A stretch of 63,977 bases of DNA, counting the filler, from Thelocarpon superellum (lineage: Eukaryota), in assembly GCA_026025795.1 (NCBI GenBank). It is 12 parts of 12 records of this genome, joined end to end, with 100 filler letters (N's around TTAATTAATTAA, not from the genome) between each part and the next. Parts side by side here need not be neighbours in the genome. Positions count along the whole stretch, not along the records: positions 33,063 to 38,329 come from JAPEUG010000717.1; positions 38,430 to 43,686 come from JAPEUG010000718.1; positions 43,787 to 48,986 come from JAPEUG010000719.1; positions 49,087 to 54,156 come from JAPEUG010000720.1; 8 more parts are not named here. One strand, 5' to 3'. The notes beneath the pieces were generated by a model, which searched no databases, had not been told where the DNA came from, and was given only the letters and a program-made list of their open reading frames with translations. The position numbers and the translations under genes were made by a program. Shown here piece by piece: positions 36,545 to 49,731 of this stretch. How positions within the stretch are numbered: the first letter of the stretch is position 1; each line of letters begins with the position of its first letter.

Positions 36545-38329
36545 ATGGCAACTCAGACCATCACAGCCCCTCCACAGGGCAAGAATCGGCCGTCCAAACA
36601 CCTCAACCTTCCACCAGAAAGTGAACGGTCGATGAGGGCATGTGCCGACATCGCCAGCGCGCTCATCCAGGAATACGAAGCGCAGCAAGATGAGAGCAAG
36701 CCCAGGAGGGATGTACACCTTAACAGCTTGCGAGGACAGATTGCTAAGAAGCACCGGCTGAGCAACATCCCGCCCCTGACCGCCATCATTGCCGCCATAC
36801 CGGAACATTACAAGAGATACATCCTACCCAAGTTGGTGGCAAAGCCTATTCGTATGTGCGAAGGACACTGGACATCTCGCTCTTCCACATGGACTGATGC
36901 AGCGACCAGGGACATCGTCCGGGATTGCCGTCGTCGCCGTCATGTGCAAGCCACATCGCTGTCCGCACATCTCATATACCGGCAACATCTGCGTCTATTG
37001 CCCAGGCGGGCCAGATTCGGATTTTGAATACTCGACGCAATCCTACACGGGCTATGAGCCCACATCGATGCGTGCCATTCGCGCACGGTACGACCCGTAC
37101 GAACAAGCCCGGGGTCGAGTGGACCAGATCAAGTCGCTTGGACACAGCGTGGACAAGGTCGAATACATCATCATGGGCGGCACCTTCATGTCCTTGCCGG
37201 AGAGCTACCGGGAATCCTTCATCGCACAGCTCCACAACGCCCTCAGCGGGTATGACGCGGACCAGGTCGACGAGGCGGTCGAGGCGGCAGCGATGAGTAA
37301 CATCAAATGTGTTGGCATCACCATCGAGACGCGACCAGACTACTGTCTCGACACCCACCTCAGCAGCATGCTACGATATGGCTGTACCCGCTTGGAGATT
37401 GGTGTGCAGTCGCTGTATGAGGATGTGGCCCGGGACACCAACCGGGGGCATACCGTGGCCGCCGTGGCTGAGACCTTCCGACTGGCCAAGGATGCAGGAT
37501 TCAAGGTGGTTAGCCATATGATGCCTGACCTACCCAACGTGGGCATGGAACGCGACCTCGACCAATTTCGCGAGTACTTTGAGAATCCGGCCTTCCGCAC
37601 CGACGGCCTCAAGATCTACCCGACCTTGGTCATTCGGGGCACGGGCCTGTACGAGCTCTGGCGCACCGGCCGCTACAAGAACTACACGCCCAATGCCTTG
37701 ATCGATCTTGTGGCGCGTATCTTGGCCCTGATCCCGCCCTGGACGCGCATCTACCGTGTGCAGCGCGATATTCCCATGCCTCTAGTGACGTCGGGCGTGG
37801 AGAATGGGAACCTGCGGGAGCTGGCACTGAGCCGGATGAAGGACTTTGGCACCACCTGCCGAGACGTGCGCACGCGTGAGGTGGGCATCAACGAGGTCAA
37901 GCACAAGATCCGACCGTCGCAGGTGGAGCTGGTACGCCGAGACTACGCCGCTAATGGCGGATGGGAGACCTTCCTGGCCTACGAGGATCCGAAGCAAGAC
38001 ATCTTGATCGCCTTGCTCCGGCTTCGAAAGTGCAGCGATACGCACACCTTCCGGCCAGAGCTCAAGGGGCAGCGAACGAGTTTGGTGCGGGAGCTCCATG
38101 TGTACGGCTCGGCCGTGCCGGTGCATGCGCGCGACCCACGCAAATTCCAGCATCAAGGCTACGGCACCTTGCTGATGGAAGAAGCTGAGCGCATTGCCCA
38201 ACAGGAGCACCGCAGCCGGAAGATCAGTGTCATCTCCGGCGTGGGTGTCAGAAGCTATTATGCCAAATTGGGTTACTGGCTGGATGGACCGTACATGAGC
38301 AAGACGTTGCCATGCGCGGACGAAGAGAG
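36545..38329 (+). CDS. ELP3: Elongator catalytic subunit Elp3 (radical SAM + KAT); intron 36852-36909; stop codon lost at contig end
   Basis: [58 protein letters not shown]. Confidence 0.98.
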
Positions 38330-38429
38330 NNNNNNNNNNNNNNNNNNNNNNNNNNNNNNNNNNNNNNNNNNNNTTAATTAATTAANNNNNNNNNNNNNNN
38401 NNNNNNNNNNNNNNNNNNNNNNNNNNNNN
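38330..38429. other. Artificial contig spacer
   Basis: N44-TTAATTAATTAA-N44. Confidence 0.99.
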
Positions 38430-40812
38430 GCGATGGCGACCGCTCGCGATGCGACGGGGCCGGGCACCGTGGAGGTGAAGGCGGAGTCACAGCCGGAGAC
38501 GGGAGGACCAATTGCGTTGGACGGGATGATCCACGACCTGTCGCGTGCTTATGCAGGTGACGCGCGATGAAGGGTCGGTGGAGGTTGACGGACGAACGAG
38601 GAGATAGTCCGGACCGACGAAAGTTGCATGCGGAGCGTGGTGGTGAAGATGGTGACAGTGGTGAATGCTCCACGGACTCAACGGGGCTCGAGAGTTGGGC
38701 GGGCACGTCTAGTGCAATCTTGTTTTCCGGCCTGTTCAAGGAGCGAATGAACGAAAGAATGAACGGATGGGCAGCGCGCTGGGCGAGTACTCGTAGCAAC
38801 GCGAGTGACTGGGCGGGAGGAAAGTAATGCAACACGGGTGCGGGTGCGGGTGCGGGAGTGGTGGTGCCTTCCGCCCAAGTCCTCGCGGCCTAAGGTACCA
38901 CTGCAGCCGATCGGTGACTAGTCATGACTTGAAGGGCGACTACGATATTCGTCCGCGACTTACAGCCAAGATGACGGGGTATTCCGTTGTGAAGCCGGGT
39001 CGTTTGGGTCTCCTGGGGGACGGGGGGGGGAGAAAGCACAGGATTACGATGGACCGGGGGTCGAGTAAAGAAGGGGGGTGCGCAGCGCCAGAGGTGCTGC
39101 GAGGTGCAGATGTGCCCTGCTAGGGTTAGAGGCCGTACGTGCGTGGCGTGGAAATTGGCTTCATCCCCCTCGACGAACAGATGGTGCAGGACGGGGCTCG
39201 ACCAATCAAGGACGGGTGTTTCGCGTGGCCGCGCCCGATGGCGTGGAGCCATCGACCAACTCGCATCCGGCGAGCCGTGCTGGGGGCTTGGACCAGGCCC
39301 GATGGCAGCGACGAGTTCCGCTTTGAGTCGGTCGGCCCTTGCCCCGACCGCCACCAAGGCTCCAAGCGAGTCCAGGCCGATGACGAGACAAGACCCACCT
39401 TGGGTCGACGCTGATCGTGGGCGACGATCCACGATCGGCTCATCGTGAGACGTGCTTGCAGGGGAACTTTCGTACGCCCGTTTTAGACGTCGCCCCGGAG
39501 GTTGTACGTGGCCGCGGTAGTCGGCTTATTTACGCCCGAGGATTGTTGTCATGCCATCGACGCCGCGACTGCGCGCTCGCACCGTAGCGATGCACTACCA
39601 TACAAGTACGGTGGGCCAGCGACGCGACCTGGAGCGCGCGACCGCGACCTCGCTGGGTGGCGGGCGGGTGAGCGCCGCGTTATGGTAGGCGAGACGTCAG
39701 GGTGCGGAAGTTGGTCGGTTCAGAGCTCGGAGACTGGGCGTAGGAGTGCTTGGCGACAGGTACGCCTCTGTGGTGCAATCATGGCTGGCCGGAAAGGGGC
39801 ATAGCGGGCAGTGGACCCGACTGACCCTAACGCTGCGCCTAGCAGGGATCCTTCCGAGGCGAGATTATGATGGCTCGTCCAGTCCCTGGCGGGAATGCGG
39901 TGATCCGCCAATCAGCGGTGGTACGACCCGGGATTAGAGATGAAAGCCTCGTCCAACTGCACCATGGCATCGTCCGAGTCGGGCCCCGGCGACTTCGATT
40001 ATGGGATCATGGTAGGAGGATGAGTAGTCGTAGCAGGTCAAGGAGGAGCGCGAAGACCGAGCCCTGGCGCGACTCAGGTCGCGTGCGCGAGTGACCGGGG
40101 CGAGGCGAGGAAGAGTGCGGCACGAGCAGTGACGTGGGTCGATGAGGGCAGCTCCAGCGTCGTTCGTGGACCGCTCTGCTTTGGGCCCATGGTCGGGGCC
40201 AGGGCACGAGGCAGTCCAGCGCACGGTTCCCAGAATAGAATGCTTCTGGTCGTTCAAGTTTGCAGCTCGGATTCCTTCGATCAATGCAAGGCGGTGGACG
40301 GCCAATCAGGGCGAAACGGAGCTCGGGTTAGGGTTCATTGCCCCCGCATGTTTGAAGGGGCTCTGAAGATCAGCTTCTATCCTTCCCTCTGCCTCACGAT
40401 TGTTCTAACCTGCTGTCAGCGGACCGAGTCCGTTGTGCACCCGTTTCATCCTCAGGGATCTGCAATGGGTACATCCACGGCCACGCTCCTGCTTAGGAGG
40501 CTTCTTGTGGCGGGCTGGTTGGCCTGACTGCCACCAGTTGACATCCACGGGCGGGTTGTCGTCGTGGAGCATCATCCCAGTCCTTCGTCTGACGAGGCCA
40601 GAAGTTGCGAGCGCTCCCAGCTAAGTGTACGCAGTCGTCCCAGGTCGGGCGGCGAGCCAACGTCGGTACACGAACCTGAGCCATCCGCGCATCACTCACG
40701 TGCCCCGATGAGCGTAGGCGTTTCAAGCGCCATGCGGCGCTGATATGCGTATTGCCGCCCTGCATCTATGCCCATTACCATCAAGAACGTAACCTGACTA
40801 GCGTTCTATCGG

Positions 40813-42246
40813 TCAGACCCGCCGCCGGCGTTTCCATCGCTGGGTGCGCTCATCGTCCACGACGGCCACCTCAATCCCCGCCTCGTCGGCTTCTCTCTTG
40901 ATCGTCGTGCGCGCGACGGACATCAGGGTCAGTCCCGGCGCCGGAATTCCATCCGTATCCTTCGCTTCTTCAAGCTTGTCTTCATCCTTGACTTCCACCT
41001 TGGCGACCAGCCGTTCGGCGAAGGCGCGCAGATCCGCCGTGAAGAGCACCGAGTGCGCCCAGCCGGCTTCCTTGCCCCAGAGGCTGCGGAAGTGATCGCC
41101 CACCGCATCGTACGTGGCCTTGGTTAAGGACTTGTGTTTCCCGCGGCCAAAGCGGTAGTCGCGCTGTGCGATCTGCCAGACATGTGTATCCACGGGCACG
41201 GCCTCGCCCCATCCGAGCCCCATGAGACAGACACAGTCGGCCACCTTGGGCCCGACGCCCTGTAGCTCGAGTAACTGTTCATGGGCGGTGCGATAGCCCG
41301 CGCGCCCTTGTGCCTCCATCTCGCCCGCCGAAGCTGCGACGTGACCGAGCAGCGGATTCTCCGGGTTGCGTAAGCTCTCCAGCCAACCAAGCGGCCGCTC
41401 CTCGGCCACCATGATGGCGGTCTGGTGGAGAAATTTGGCACGATAGCCAAAGCCCAACGCCCGCAGCCGATCCTCGACCTTGGGGTTGGTCAAGGCTGCC
41501 GGCGAGGGCAGATCATGGAAGGGCTGCGAGGCGACATGGCCCAGCAGGGGTCCGTAAGTCAGACAGAGCTTCTCGACCTGTCCATGTCCAGGAGACGGGT
41601 CAGCGTGTCTCTCTCCACGAGCTGGCAGGGGCCCATCGTACCATCTGTGAGATCCTCGCGATGTTGTTATTACTACTGCAGATGAAGCCCACCAGTGCCT
41701 CCCATGCACTCTGCCGCAGGATGCGTACGCCGGTGAACTTGGGGGCCTTCGTCTCGAAGTTGAGGTCGGCCGACGACCATTGGCGGTACAGACTGGTGAG
41801 ATTGGTCTCGAGGTTGAAGTAGTGCCGCACCAGTTCTGCCGTATCATCCTCCTCCGGGCCCGCCGCGGACGGCGTGTTGGACGGCGACGAGGGCGGTGAG
41901 GAGGATGGAGGCGTCGGCAGGGGGCACGATGGGGTCGGGAAGATGGCACGGTAGTGAAGATGGGTCGAGTCCTGACGGAGAGACAAGATGCGCCCATGGA
42001 GCGCGCATGACCTATGGTCGACCGTGTCAGCAGAGCACCCCAGCGTGTTGAGTCGGAGGACGACGTACCAGATACCTCCGTCCGATTTCCTCCATCTGGA
42101 GAGGCCCCGTGTCAGTGGCCGGGGCCGCATTGCCTCAGGAGATTCACTGACCGGAAGGACTGACCACACCGCAGGGAGGTATCGATGCACAGCTCGGTCA
42201 GGCTGACGGGGAATTTCCGCCATTCGGTGGCACGTAAGGGTGCCAT
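40813..42246 (-). CDS. OGG1: 8-oxoguanine DNA glycosylase, about 4 exons
   Basis: LRCGQSFRW, GVRILRQ..WEALVGFICSSNNNIARI, GFGYRAK, HhH motif LQGVGPKVADCVCL, PVDTHV, AGWAHSVLF. Confidence 0.96.
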
Positions 42247-42663
42247 AGCCAACGATCTGGATCGTCAATCGACGATAGATGCCAGTTGCGGTGGAGAGAT
42301 ATAATGTGGAGCACTCCCGCGTCCTACGCGCCGTGCTGGGTTCACGCGTCTCTCGCTTGTAGTCTCACTCGCCTTGACCGCAACGGCGCTGCTGGTCCCC
42401 AATACAGTCTAGCGCCACTGCTCTTTCCTGCCTCAACTTTTGGCTCAGGTCGAGCATCGCCGCCGACGCAGAGTAACTTAATTCTGCGTCTGGCCCATCA
42501 CCTCCTCATCTCACGCTCACTCGCACACACCTCTTCCGCGCGCACACAGCCAGCGGTCAGGTATCTCCCGATCCGAACTTCTCCGCCGGTACAGGCGGGA
42601 TCTGCATATCATCGCGTGCTCCCAGCTTGTCGACCGGCCACCTGGGCTACACCTGCGCTCAGA

Positions 42664-43686
42664 ATGAACATTGATGGCCACTATTCATCGAGAGGCATGC
42701 CACCGACGCCACGCGACCCTAATACTCGCGCCGAAGCGACTACTAACGCCCCGGGAGTTACAGATGGCGCACGGCATTCATCGTCACGAGACCACCATGT
42801 AAGCATCTCGTCCCTGAACCTTCTTCCTTCGTCCTTCGTCCTTCTTCCCCCTTTGCCTCATCGCCCGACTCGTCCACGATCATGCATGCTGACACGCACC
42901 TCCTCAAGTCGATGAGGCCCGAACGTGATGACCGTCGAGATCGGGACCGCGACCGGGAGCGGCGTCGCTCGCGGTCCCCGGGTCACCGCGGCGCGCGACC
43001 GTCTCGGCGCGAACAGGAAGTAGATTCTTACTCCTCGAGCCGCGATTACCGGGAGCGCGAACGGGAGGACCGATACTCGGGCCGAGAGCGACGGGAGGAC
43101 CGAGGCTGGGACCGAGACCGTGCTTCGTCACGGCGCGACGCCCGGCGCGACGATGACGATCGCCCTCCGCGACGGGACCGCGATCTATTCGACGATCGAG
43201 GTCGAGGCGGGCACGGCGGACACGGCGGGCACGGCGGGCACGGTGGCCAAGGTGGTCGGCGAGATCGCGATGGCTTTGGCGGTGGAGGTGGGGGGATGGG
43301 CGATCGCATGGGGTTCGGGCGAGACCGCAAGAAGAGCGCCTCACCTCCGCCGAAGAAAAAGGAGCCCACGCCCGACCTGACCGACGTCGTGCCCGTTCTG
43401 GAGCGCAAGCGGCGCCTGACCCAGTGGGACATCAAACCGCCCGGATACGAGAACGTCACGGCGGAGCAGGCCAAGCTGTCAGGTATGTCGCGCCCTCGAC
43501 GTGCCCCCCTTCCTCCTTCCTCCTTCCTCCTTCCTCCTTCCTCCTTCCTCCTTCCTCCTTGCCCGTGCAAGCATCCTGCTGATCCACCGTCACAGGCATG
43601 TTTCCCTTACCTGGTGCGCCGCGGCAACAGCCCATGGACCCAAGCCGGCTGCAAGCCTTCATGTCCCAGCCCAGTGGCTCGGCCAG
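42664..43686 (+). CDS. U2AF65: Splicing factor U2AF large subunit, N-terminal part (exons 42664-42694, 42764-42798, 42909-43482, 43597-contig end)
   Basis: RS/RD-rich domain, KRRLTQWDIKPPGYENVTAEQAKLSG|MFPLPGAPRQQPMDP (ULM region typical of fungal U2AF65). Confidence 0.93.
43509..43560. repeat. (CTTCCTC)n heptamer repeat, about 7 copies, in U2AF65 intron 3
   Basis: Direct reading. Confidence 0.9.
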
Positions 43687-43786
43687 NNNNNNNNNNNNNN
43701 NNNNNNNNNNNNNNNNNNNNNNNNNNNNNNTTAATTAATTAANNNNNNNNNNNNNNNNNNNNNNNNNNNNNNNNNNNNNNNNNNNN
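43687..43786. other. Artificial contig spacer
   Basis: N44-TTAATTAATTAA-N44. Confidence 0.99.
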
Positions 43787-45904
43787 CAAGACCACCGTGG
43801 GCAAGCTAATGTCGTCAAGAAAGCTGGCACGACTGGTTTCGCATCGAGCCCGTCCTCCAAATCATCCAGCGCCCTTCGTGAGTCCATTGCCAAGGCCAAA
43901 GCGGCTCGTCTCCCCGCAAAGCGGCCAGTCAAGACAGACGCCCACGCTACCCGCACTGGATTCATTTCAGGAGTGTTGGAGGATGACTTCGGCTTCGGTG
44001 CGCTCCCCACCCGCTCCGGAACGGGGCCTAGCAAGGGTCTTCTCCGCAAGCGCGTGGACGGAGCCCGAACGACGGGACGACTCGACATCTCCGCCATGGA
44101 ATTGACGAAAATTCCCGACGAGGTGATGAGCATGTATGATCTAGAAGATTCGAGCGGCGCCGGTGGTGCATGGTACGAGAGCGTGGATCTGGTGCGATTT
44201 GTGGCGACCGATAACGATCTCGAGACACTTCGCGACGACATCTTCCCTGATCTCGCCCCGGATGATGAAGTGGGCGAGGACGAGAAGGGCAATCAGTTCG
44301 GCGGTGTCGAGACGATTGACTTGCACGGAAATCAGCTCCGCAGCCTGCCTCTTGGTCTACGGCGTCTGGCGCTACTGACGGTCTTGAATTTGGTGATTAG
44401 GAAACCCCCTGGTACACCGTACAACGTACTGATGTGATTCTGATAGTCCAGCAACAAGCTTGGCAATGGGTGTTGGGAGGTTCTTCAGCAGTGTCCTTCT
44501 CTTCGCGAGCTCCGGCTGGCGAACAACCAACTAGAGGGCCCACTGCCAGATTCAATCTCTTCATTAGCGGAGTTGACGGTCTTGGACCTGCGCGGGAACG
44601 GCGTTACCGATCTCACCCCACGGATTGGGGGCTTGGTACGGTTGCGAAGCCTCAATGTGGCGGAGAATAAGCTGGCAGTACTACCCTTTGCAGCTCTCAG
44701 CGGGGTCCCTATCACGGAGTGCATTGCATCGAAGAACGCCATCCGAGGCACGCTCCTCCCGTCGGATTTCGAGCACGCTACGCTACAGATCCTGGACGTG
44801 TGCAACAATGCCATCGATACTCTCAGCACCGCACCAGCCCTCCTCCTTCCCGCGCTTCAGCAACTCAAAATCAGCGGCAATCGAATCAGTGCGCTGCCGG
44901 GCGTGGAATCATGCCCGGAGCTGCTCGTTCTTGCGGCAGAGGACAATCATATTCCGACTTTGCCCATGGGGTTCACATCGTTGGCGAAGATCAAGAACGT
45001 GAACCTGGCTGGAAACGCGCTCAAGGGCATCGACGAGCGAGTGGGGGCTATGGAGAGTCTTGAGGTGTTCAGGATCACGGGCAATCCACTTCGAGAGCGC
45101 CGGTTCCTGGTCATGCCCACCGACGATCTCAAAATCGAGTTACGCAACCGCCTGGCTCCAGTAGAGGACGAGGAATCCGACTTCAAAGGCGAGAGCGCTC
45201 AAGAAGTCACCGGCGCTATGCCTAGCGCCTTGAAATCGTCTTCGTCCAGATGGCCCATCAAAGCCGGTGGGCTCTTGGATTGCGCATTCTCGAAGCTGAG
45301 CGATCTCCCTCGCGCAGAACTGGAGCAAATCGCCTCCGAGGCGACGATTCGGATTATCGACCTGCAGCGCAACACGCTCATAGCAATTCCATGCTCGCTC
45401 TCCGTCCTCGCACCGACGCTCGTCTCGATCAATTTATCGCATAACCGTCTGGGCAGCACGAGATTTATCACGGAGCCGCTGCATCTGCCGCACCTGCAAA
45501 CCCTGAACCTGAGCTCCAACGCCCTCACCAGCCTCAGCCCGCTCCAAGACCACCTTTCCGCGCCGCTCCTTAGCACGCTCGACGTTTCATGCAACAAGCT
45601 GACGGCCCTCCCGGCACCGCTGAGATCACCCGACTCCTTACCAGCATTGGCGAGTCTGATCGCAAGCGACAACGCACTTGCGGCGCTGGAGGTGGAGACA
45701 GTGAAGGGGCTGCGGGAAATTGATGTGCAGAATAACGATATTGGGAAACTGGAACCGCGATTGGGTTTGTTGCCAGGACTGGGCAGGTTGGAGGTGAGAG
45801 GCAATCGGTTCCGTGTACCTGGCTGGCACGTGCTAGAGAAGGGGACGGGGGCATTGTTGGAGTGGTTGAGGGGGCGGGTACCAGAGGGGGAGATCGTCGA
45901 TTGA
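43787..45904 (+). CDS. Leucine-rich repeat protein (LRRC40-like), 5' truncated; intron about 44393-44446
   Basis: SSSALRESIAKAKAA, ARTTGRLDISAMELTKIP, many LxxLxLxxNxL repeats, C-terminal GNRFRVP..LEKGT..LLEWLRGRVP cap. Confidence 0.9.
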
Positions 45905-45966
45905 CAAGTTCTGAATGAATGATGTTCAGGTTGTTGTGTGCCGCTGACCGAACAGCGCTCTCGACC

Positions 45967-47199
45967 TCAATCGCCCTCCTCCCGTTCCAACTGGCTCAAC
46001 CTGTCGGACCACCTCCTCAACCAAGCAGAGCACTCATCTTCGGTACCCGACCAGTTCAGCAGCACGAGCGCCACGACTCGACGGGCCATTTTCGTACAAG
46101 CTGCCAGTTGCAATGCGGCCTCGTCGCCATCTAGCTCGTAGAAGGAACTGGCCATTTCGTCTGTCTCGCTTGGGATGCGCGATAGGATAGTCATGGCTTC
46201 GTCTAGTCGGTGGATAGGGGGGAGTTGCTGCTCTGCATTGACGGTAGGAGAAGGATGCGGCGAACGAGGAGAGGGATGGTGCGAGGCGGGAGGGGACGTG
46301 ATGATAGAGAGTCGCCGCTTAATGATCGCTTTATACAGCATAGCGACCAGTTTGAGCCGCTTCAGCGTCCTTACGAGCTGCGAGCGGAGTTGGACGGCGT
46401 CGCGGGGGAGGTGATGATTTGGCGCGAAGAGACCTGCAAAGTCATCGTCGCCGTCGCCGTCGCCGTCACCACCACCCTCCATTCCGCCCTCTAAGCCATT
46501 CAAACGCTTTCCGTTCGGTGACGAGCGTCCAGATTCCTGCACAGACTCCTTAGACCAATCGTCCAGCTCGCCAATGGCATCCACGAGCATTTCAAGGTGC
46601 TGCTCTGCCTTCTGCACCAACAGGCCACCCAGCTCCAGCTCTTTCAGGGCCGTGATGGCGTCGCACGCCGCCCACACCTGCCCCGTCGAAGCGAGGTCAT
46701 CCTTGGCCGCCGAAGAAGAAGAAGAAGAAATTGCAGCCAAGGAAGAGCGGGAGAGCGGCACGTCGTCGAGTCCCACGCGCAGAGGGATCTCCTCGATAAG
46801 CGCGCGTAGTCCACGTAGGACCCTTTGCGCCCGCGTGTGCACCTCCGCGTGGAACGTGATGCCCCATTGAGACGCAGGGCAGGATGTTGCCGCATTCACC
46901 AGTACCGGGAGCGGGCCGGAGCCCAGATCGCGTAACACGCTGCTGATGGCCGAGGGCGTAAAGGGCTGGTTGAGTGCCAGGAGAGAGAGCTTTGTGGTGT
47001 GTGCTTTGACCAGTGTTGCGGATGCGTGGAGGACTAAAAGTGGGTCTTCTGCTGCTGATTTGGTGGGCGCGGTGACGATGGTGGGGCCAGTAGCGGATGG
47101 CGAGAGGGTGCTCTCGAATTTTGACAGCAGGTCCAATGTTCCGGATATGACGAAACGGAGGGTCGACACATGGCCTGCTGATACTGAAGACGCCGACAT
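45967..47199 (-). CDS. Conserved helical protein, GCIP/CCNDBP1-like (intronless)
   Basis: 410-aa ORF; LVKAHTTKLSLL..PFTPSAI, STGQVWAACD, DAIGELDDW, DEMASSFYE resemble recalled GCIP-family motifs. Confidence 0.7.
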   Translation of the reverse strand: MSASSVSAGHVSTLRFVISGTLDLLSKFESTLSPSATGPTIVTAPTKSAAEDPLLVLHASATLVKAHTTKLSLLALNQPFTPSAISSVLRDLGSGPLPVLVNAATSCPASQWGITFHAEVHTRAQRVLRGLRALIEEIPLRVGLDDVPLSRSSLAAISSSSSSAAKDDLASTGQVWAACDAITALKELELGGLLVQKAEQHLEMLVDAIGELDDWSKESVQESGRSSPNGKRLNGLEGGMEGGGDGDGDGDDDFAGLFAPNHHLPRDAVQLRSQLVRTLKRLKLVAMLYKAIIKRRLSIITSPPASHHPSPRSPHPSPTVNAEQQLPPIHRLDEAMTILSRIPSETDEMASSFYELDGDEAALQLAACTKMARRVVALVLLNWSGTEDECSAWLRRWSDRLSQLEREEGD

Positions 47200-48031
47200 G
47201 TTCGAGGGGAAGGGTGAGTTTTCCTTTGCCTCTTGTCTCTGTTGATATCATGCTCGGATGTACGCTCCGTGTGATGTAATAGACGTCATGTGACTTGATC
47301 ATGACATATCGTTAGCAGACAACAGACACTGTAGACTATCCCTTTGGTTGAGGGCGCCTTGGACGCGAATGCTTCACCCTGCTGCTTTGGCGGGGCTCAT
47401 CTCTGCAGACATTTGATGCAGATAGCCAGAGATTCATGAAGCAGCTTACAACCTCCCTCTTCTTAGACTATGTGTGCAGCAGTTTCGACCTTTTGGCATT
47501 TCCTACCGAGACAGTTCTTTCATCTTGCTTCACATAGGAGCCTGTTCCGGAACTCGGTCGTTGCGACGGCTCGTCCGAGTCATCTTCGATATAGCCAACG
47601 GCGTATGACTTTCGTCACAGGGCTCAATCTCCGCTGTGGACCTGATTGCCCCGCTTCCCACAATAACTGTCTTACTGATGTCTGGGTTTCGTCCACAGGG
47701 GCAGAAATCGAAGGGATGAGAATCTTGAATATATGCTCTGCCGATAGCAAAGATGAGGGTAGACCATGTTGGAACTAGTCAGACTTTCGCCTTGGCTTTC
47801 CCTTCTGTCTGAATGCTTTTGGAAAGTACAAGGAGGACTCAGGTGTCCAGAAGAGAAAAAGAGTGTCACCGCCGCAAGTCTCATAGCCTCAACATGGGGA
47901 GGTGCTGCCGGTGGAATTATGGTACATGATTAGGTACGGAATGATACGTATGCTGACCCTTTCGCAATGCAGATGTGTTGTCCATGACATGAAGAGTGAC
48001 GATGCAGGCATGACGTGGATAATGTGAATGG

Positions 48032-48914
48032 TTACAGCCCAGCAACGGCGACAGCAACGGCGAGACCTCCAAGCACTAGCTGGGCGTTTCCCGTAATGTG
48101 CGGGACACCGGCGGTGCTGCTCGAGGTAGATGCGGTTTCGGCTGTGGCGCTGCTGGTCGTGCCGGACGTGGTAGAGGTGTCAAAGGACGAGGCGCCGCTG
48201 GTGGAAGAGGGCGCGCTTGAAGAGGTGGTCGATAGGGAGGTGGAGCTGGGGCCACTTCCCGTGGTAGCTGCAGGAGTGGCAGAGAAGGCAGTAGAAGCTT
48301 CACTGCCGCTCACGACCGTGATCGGAAAGTAATTGACTTCGGACGGCTGCAAGGTGGTGACGAAGGACGAGTCCACCTCAGGCCCGGGACCATCGGGCTC
48401 AGGACCATTGGGCTCAGGACCATTGGGCCCCGGAGCACTGGGCACAGGAGCATAAGGCCTAGCAGAAGCTTGCCCGCCTTGCGTCATCGAGCAAATGGCA
48501 CCCTTTCCAGGTCCGCCCAATGAGCAACCAGCCACGACGGTCCTAGGAAGATGTTATTCTTTCGCTTGGAAAGGACTTGGGGTGAGGACGGAAAAGCGTG
48601 ACATACTGGCCCGCTTCTACCATCGAGAAGCGTTCTGTGGAAGGCCCAACGCCTATGGTAAGGGGACTCATGGGACAGTCGGTGGGGTTAACGGTGGCGG
48701 GACAATTGACCACGTAGGTTGTCACGCTCCCAGACTAGTTTGATTTGATTCAGCTATGCACTAGAAACATCCTGTTTGTGAGACTCACCGAGCCTGCCAC
48801 TGTTGCGGCCAGGGGCAGGTTGTTTGCCCCACCAGGGACGAAGATAGAGACGACATCGTCGGCAGATGTCAGGCCAAGGAAGAACAATGATACAAGCGCC
48901 GTTCGAAGCATCAT
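48032..48914 (-). CDS. GPI-anchored cell-surface protein, 3 exons
   Basis: Signal peptide MMLRTALVSLFFLGLTSA, small 4-Cys domain (TTYVVNCP..DC..C..C), PNGPE repeats, Ser/Thr stalk, hydrophobic C-terminal GPI signal. Confidence 0.85.
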
Positions 48915-48986
48915 GGCGTAGACGTGACAGTGGGAGCGAAGCCAACGCGGTCCGTCAGGTCTCAAGACGGTGTCGTAAAAGAGGTG

Positions 48987-49086
48987 NNNNNNNNNNNNNN
49001 NNNNNNNNNNNNNNNNNNNNNNNNNNNNNNTTAATTAATTAANNNNNNNNNNNNNNNNNNNNNNNNNNNNNNNNNNNNNNNNNNNN
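48987..49086. other. Artificial contig spacer
   Basis: N44-TTAATTAATTAA-N44. Confidence 0.99.
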
Positions 49087-49731
49087 CCCTTCCCCTTCCC
49101 TCAGCTCCCATCGACCGCTCCCCTCATTCCTCCTTCCCTCATGCTGACCCATGTCTCGTGAACGACGAGCCACCCGCTTAGCGCTACTAGGTACGGGTAA
49201 TTGCCTGGTGCGGTTAGAGGAGTGTCTTCGGCTATTTGGCTCAGGTCAGTGGGTGGGGGATTAACCGAGTAGCGTGCCCAGGCTGCCAGGTGGGCGACAC
49301 AGGTTCACGGATGTGCGAGGGTGTTATTAGGGTGTTCGGGCGGCCGTGGCAGCCACAGCGGTGCAGCCACGATGGCCAACCGCCGACACCGAAGACTGCA
49401 CTACGAAGACTGGGACGGGTGCGGGTACGGGGTCCTCTGACTAGCACCACAACTAGAACCGACTCGCCTTCTTGTCGCCTGCACGGGGCATGACCCCAAC
49501 GGACACCCTCAACTTCCGTCCGTCGTCCGCCGCCGGCTCTCTGCCCGTACCCCCACATTCCATCCACCACTGCTTTGGCACGACCGGCTCGTTGTTCGGC
49601 GTGCCTGGGATCTCAGGCTCTCTGCTCGATCGCGTCTGTCCGCTGTTCGATCCCTCCGATCGCGTGGATTCGACAGTGGGTCTCTTGAGACCGGAGATAC
49701 AGGTGCCCGCCCTTGGCTCATCTGCTGGGTC

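Noticed and set aside
38430..40800. Numerous 60-180 aa ORFs left of OGG1
   Set aside because: Arg/Pro/Gly-rich shadow ORFs expected in GC-rich DNA; likely promoter or 5' leader of a gene lost in the gap.
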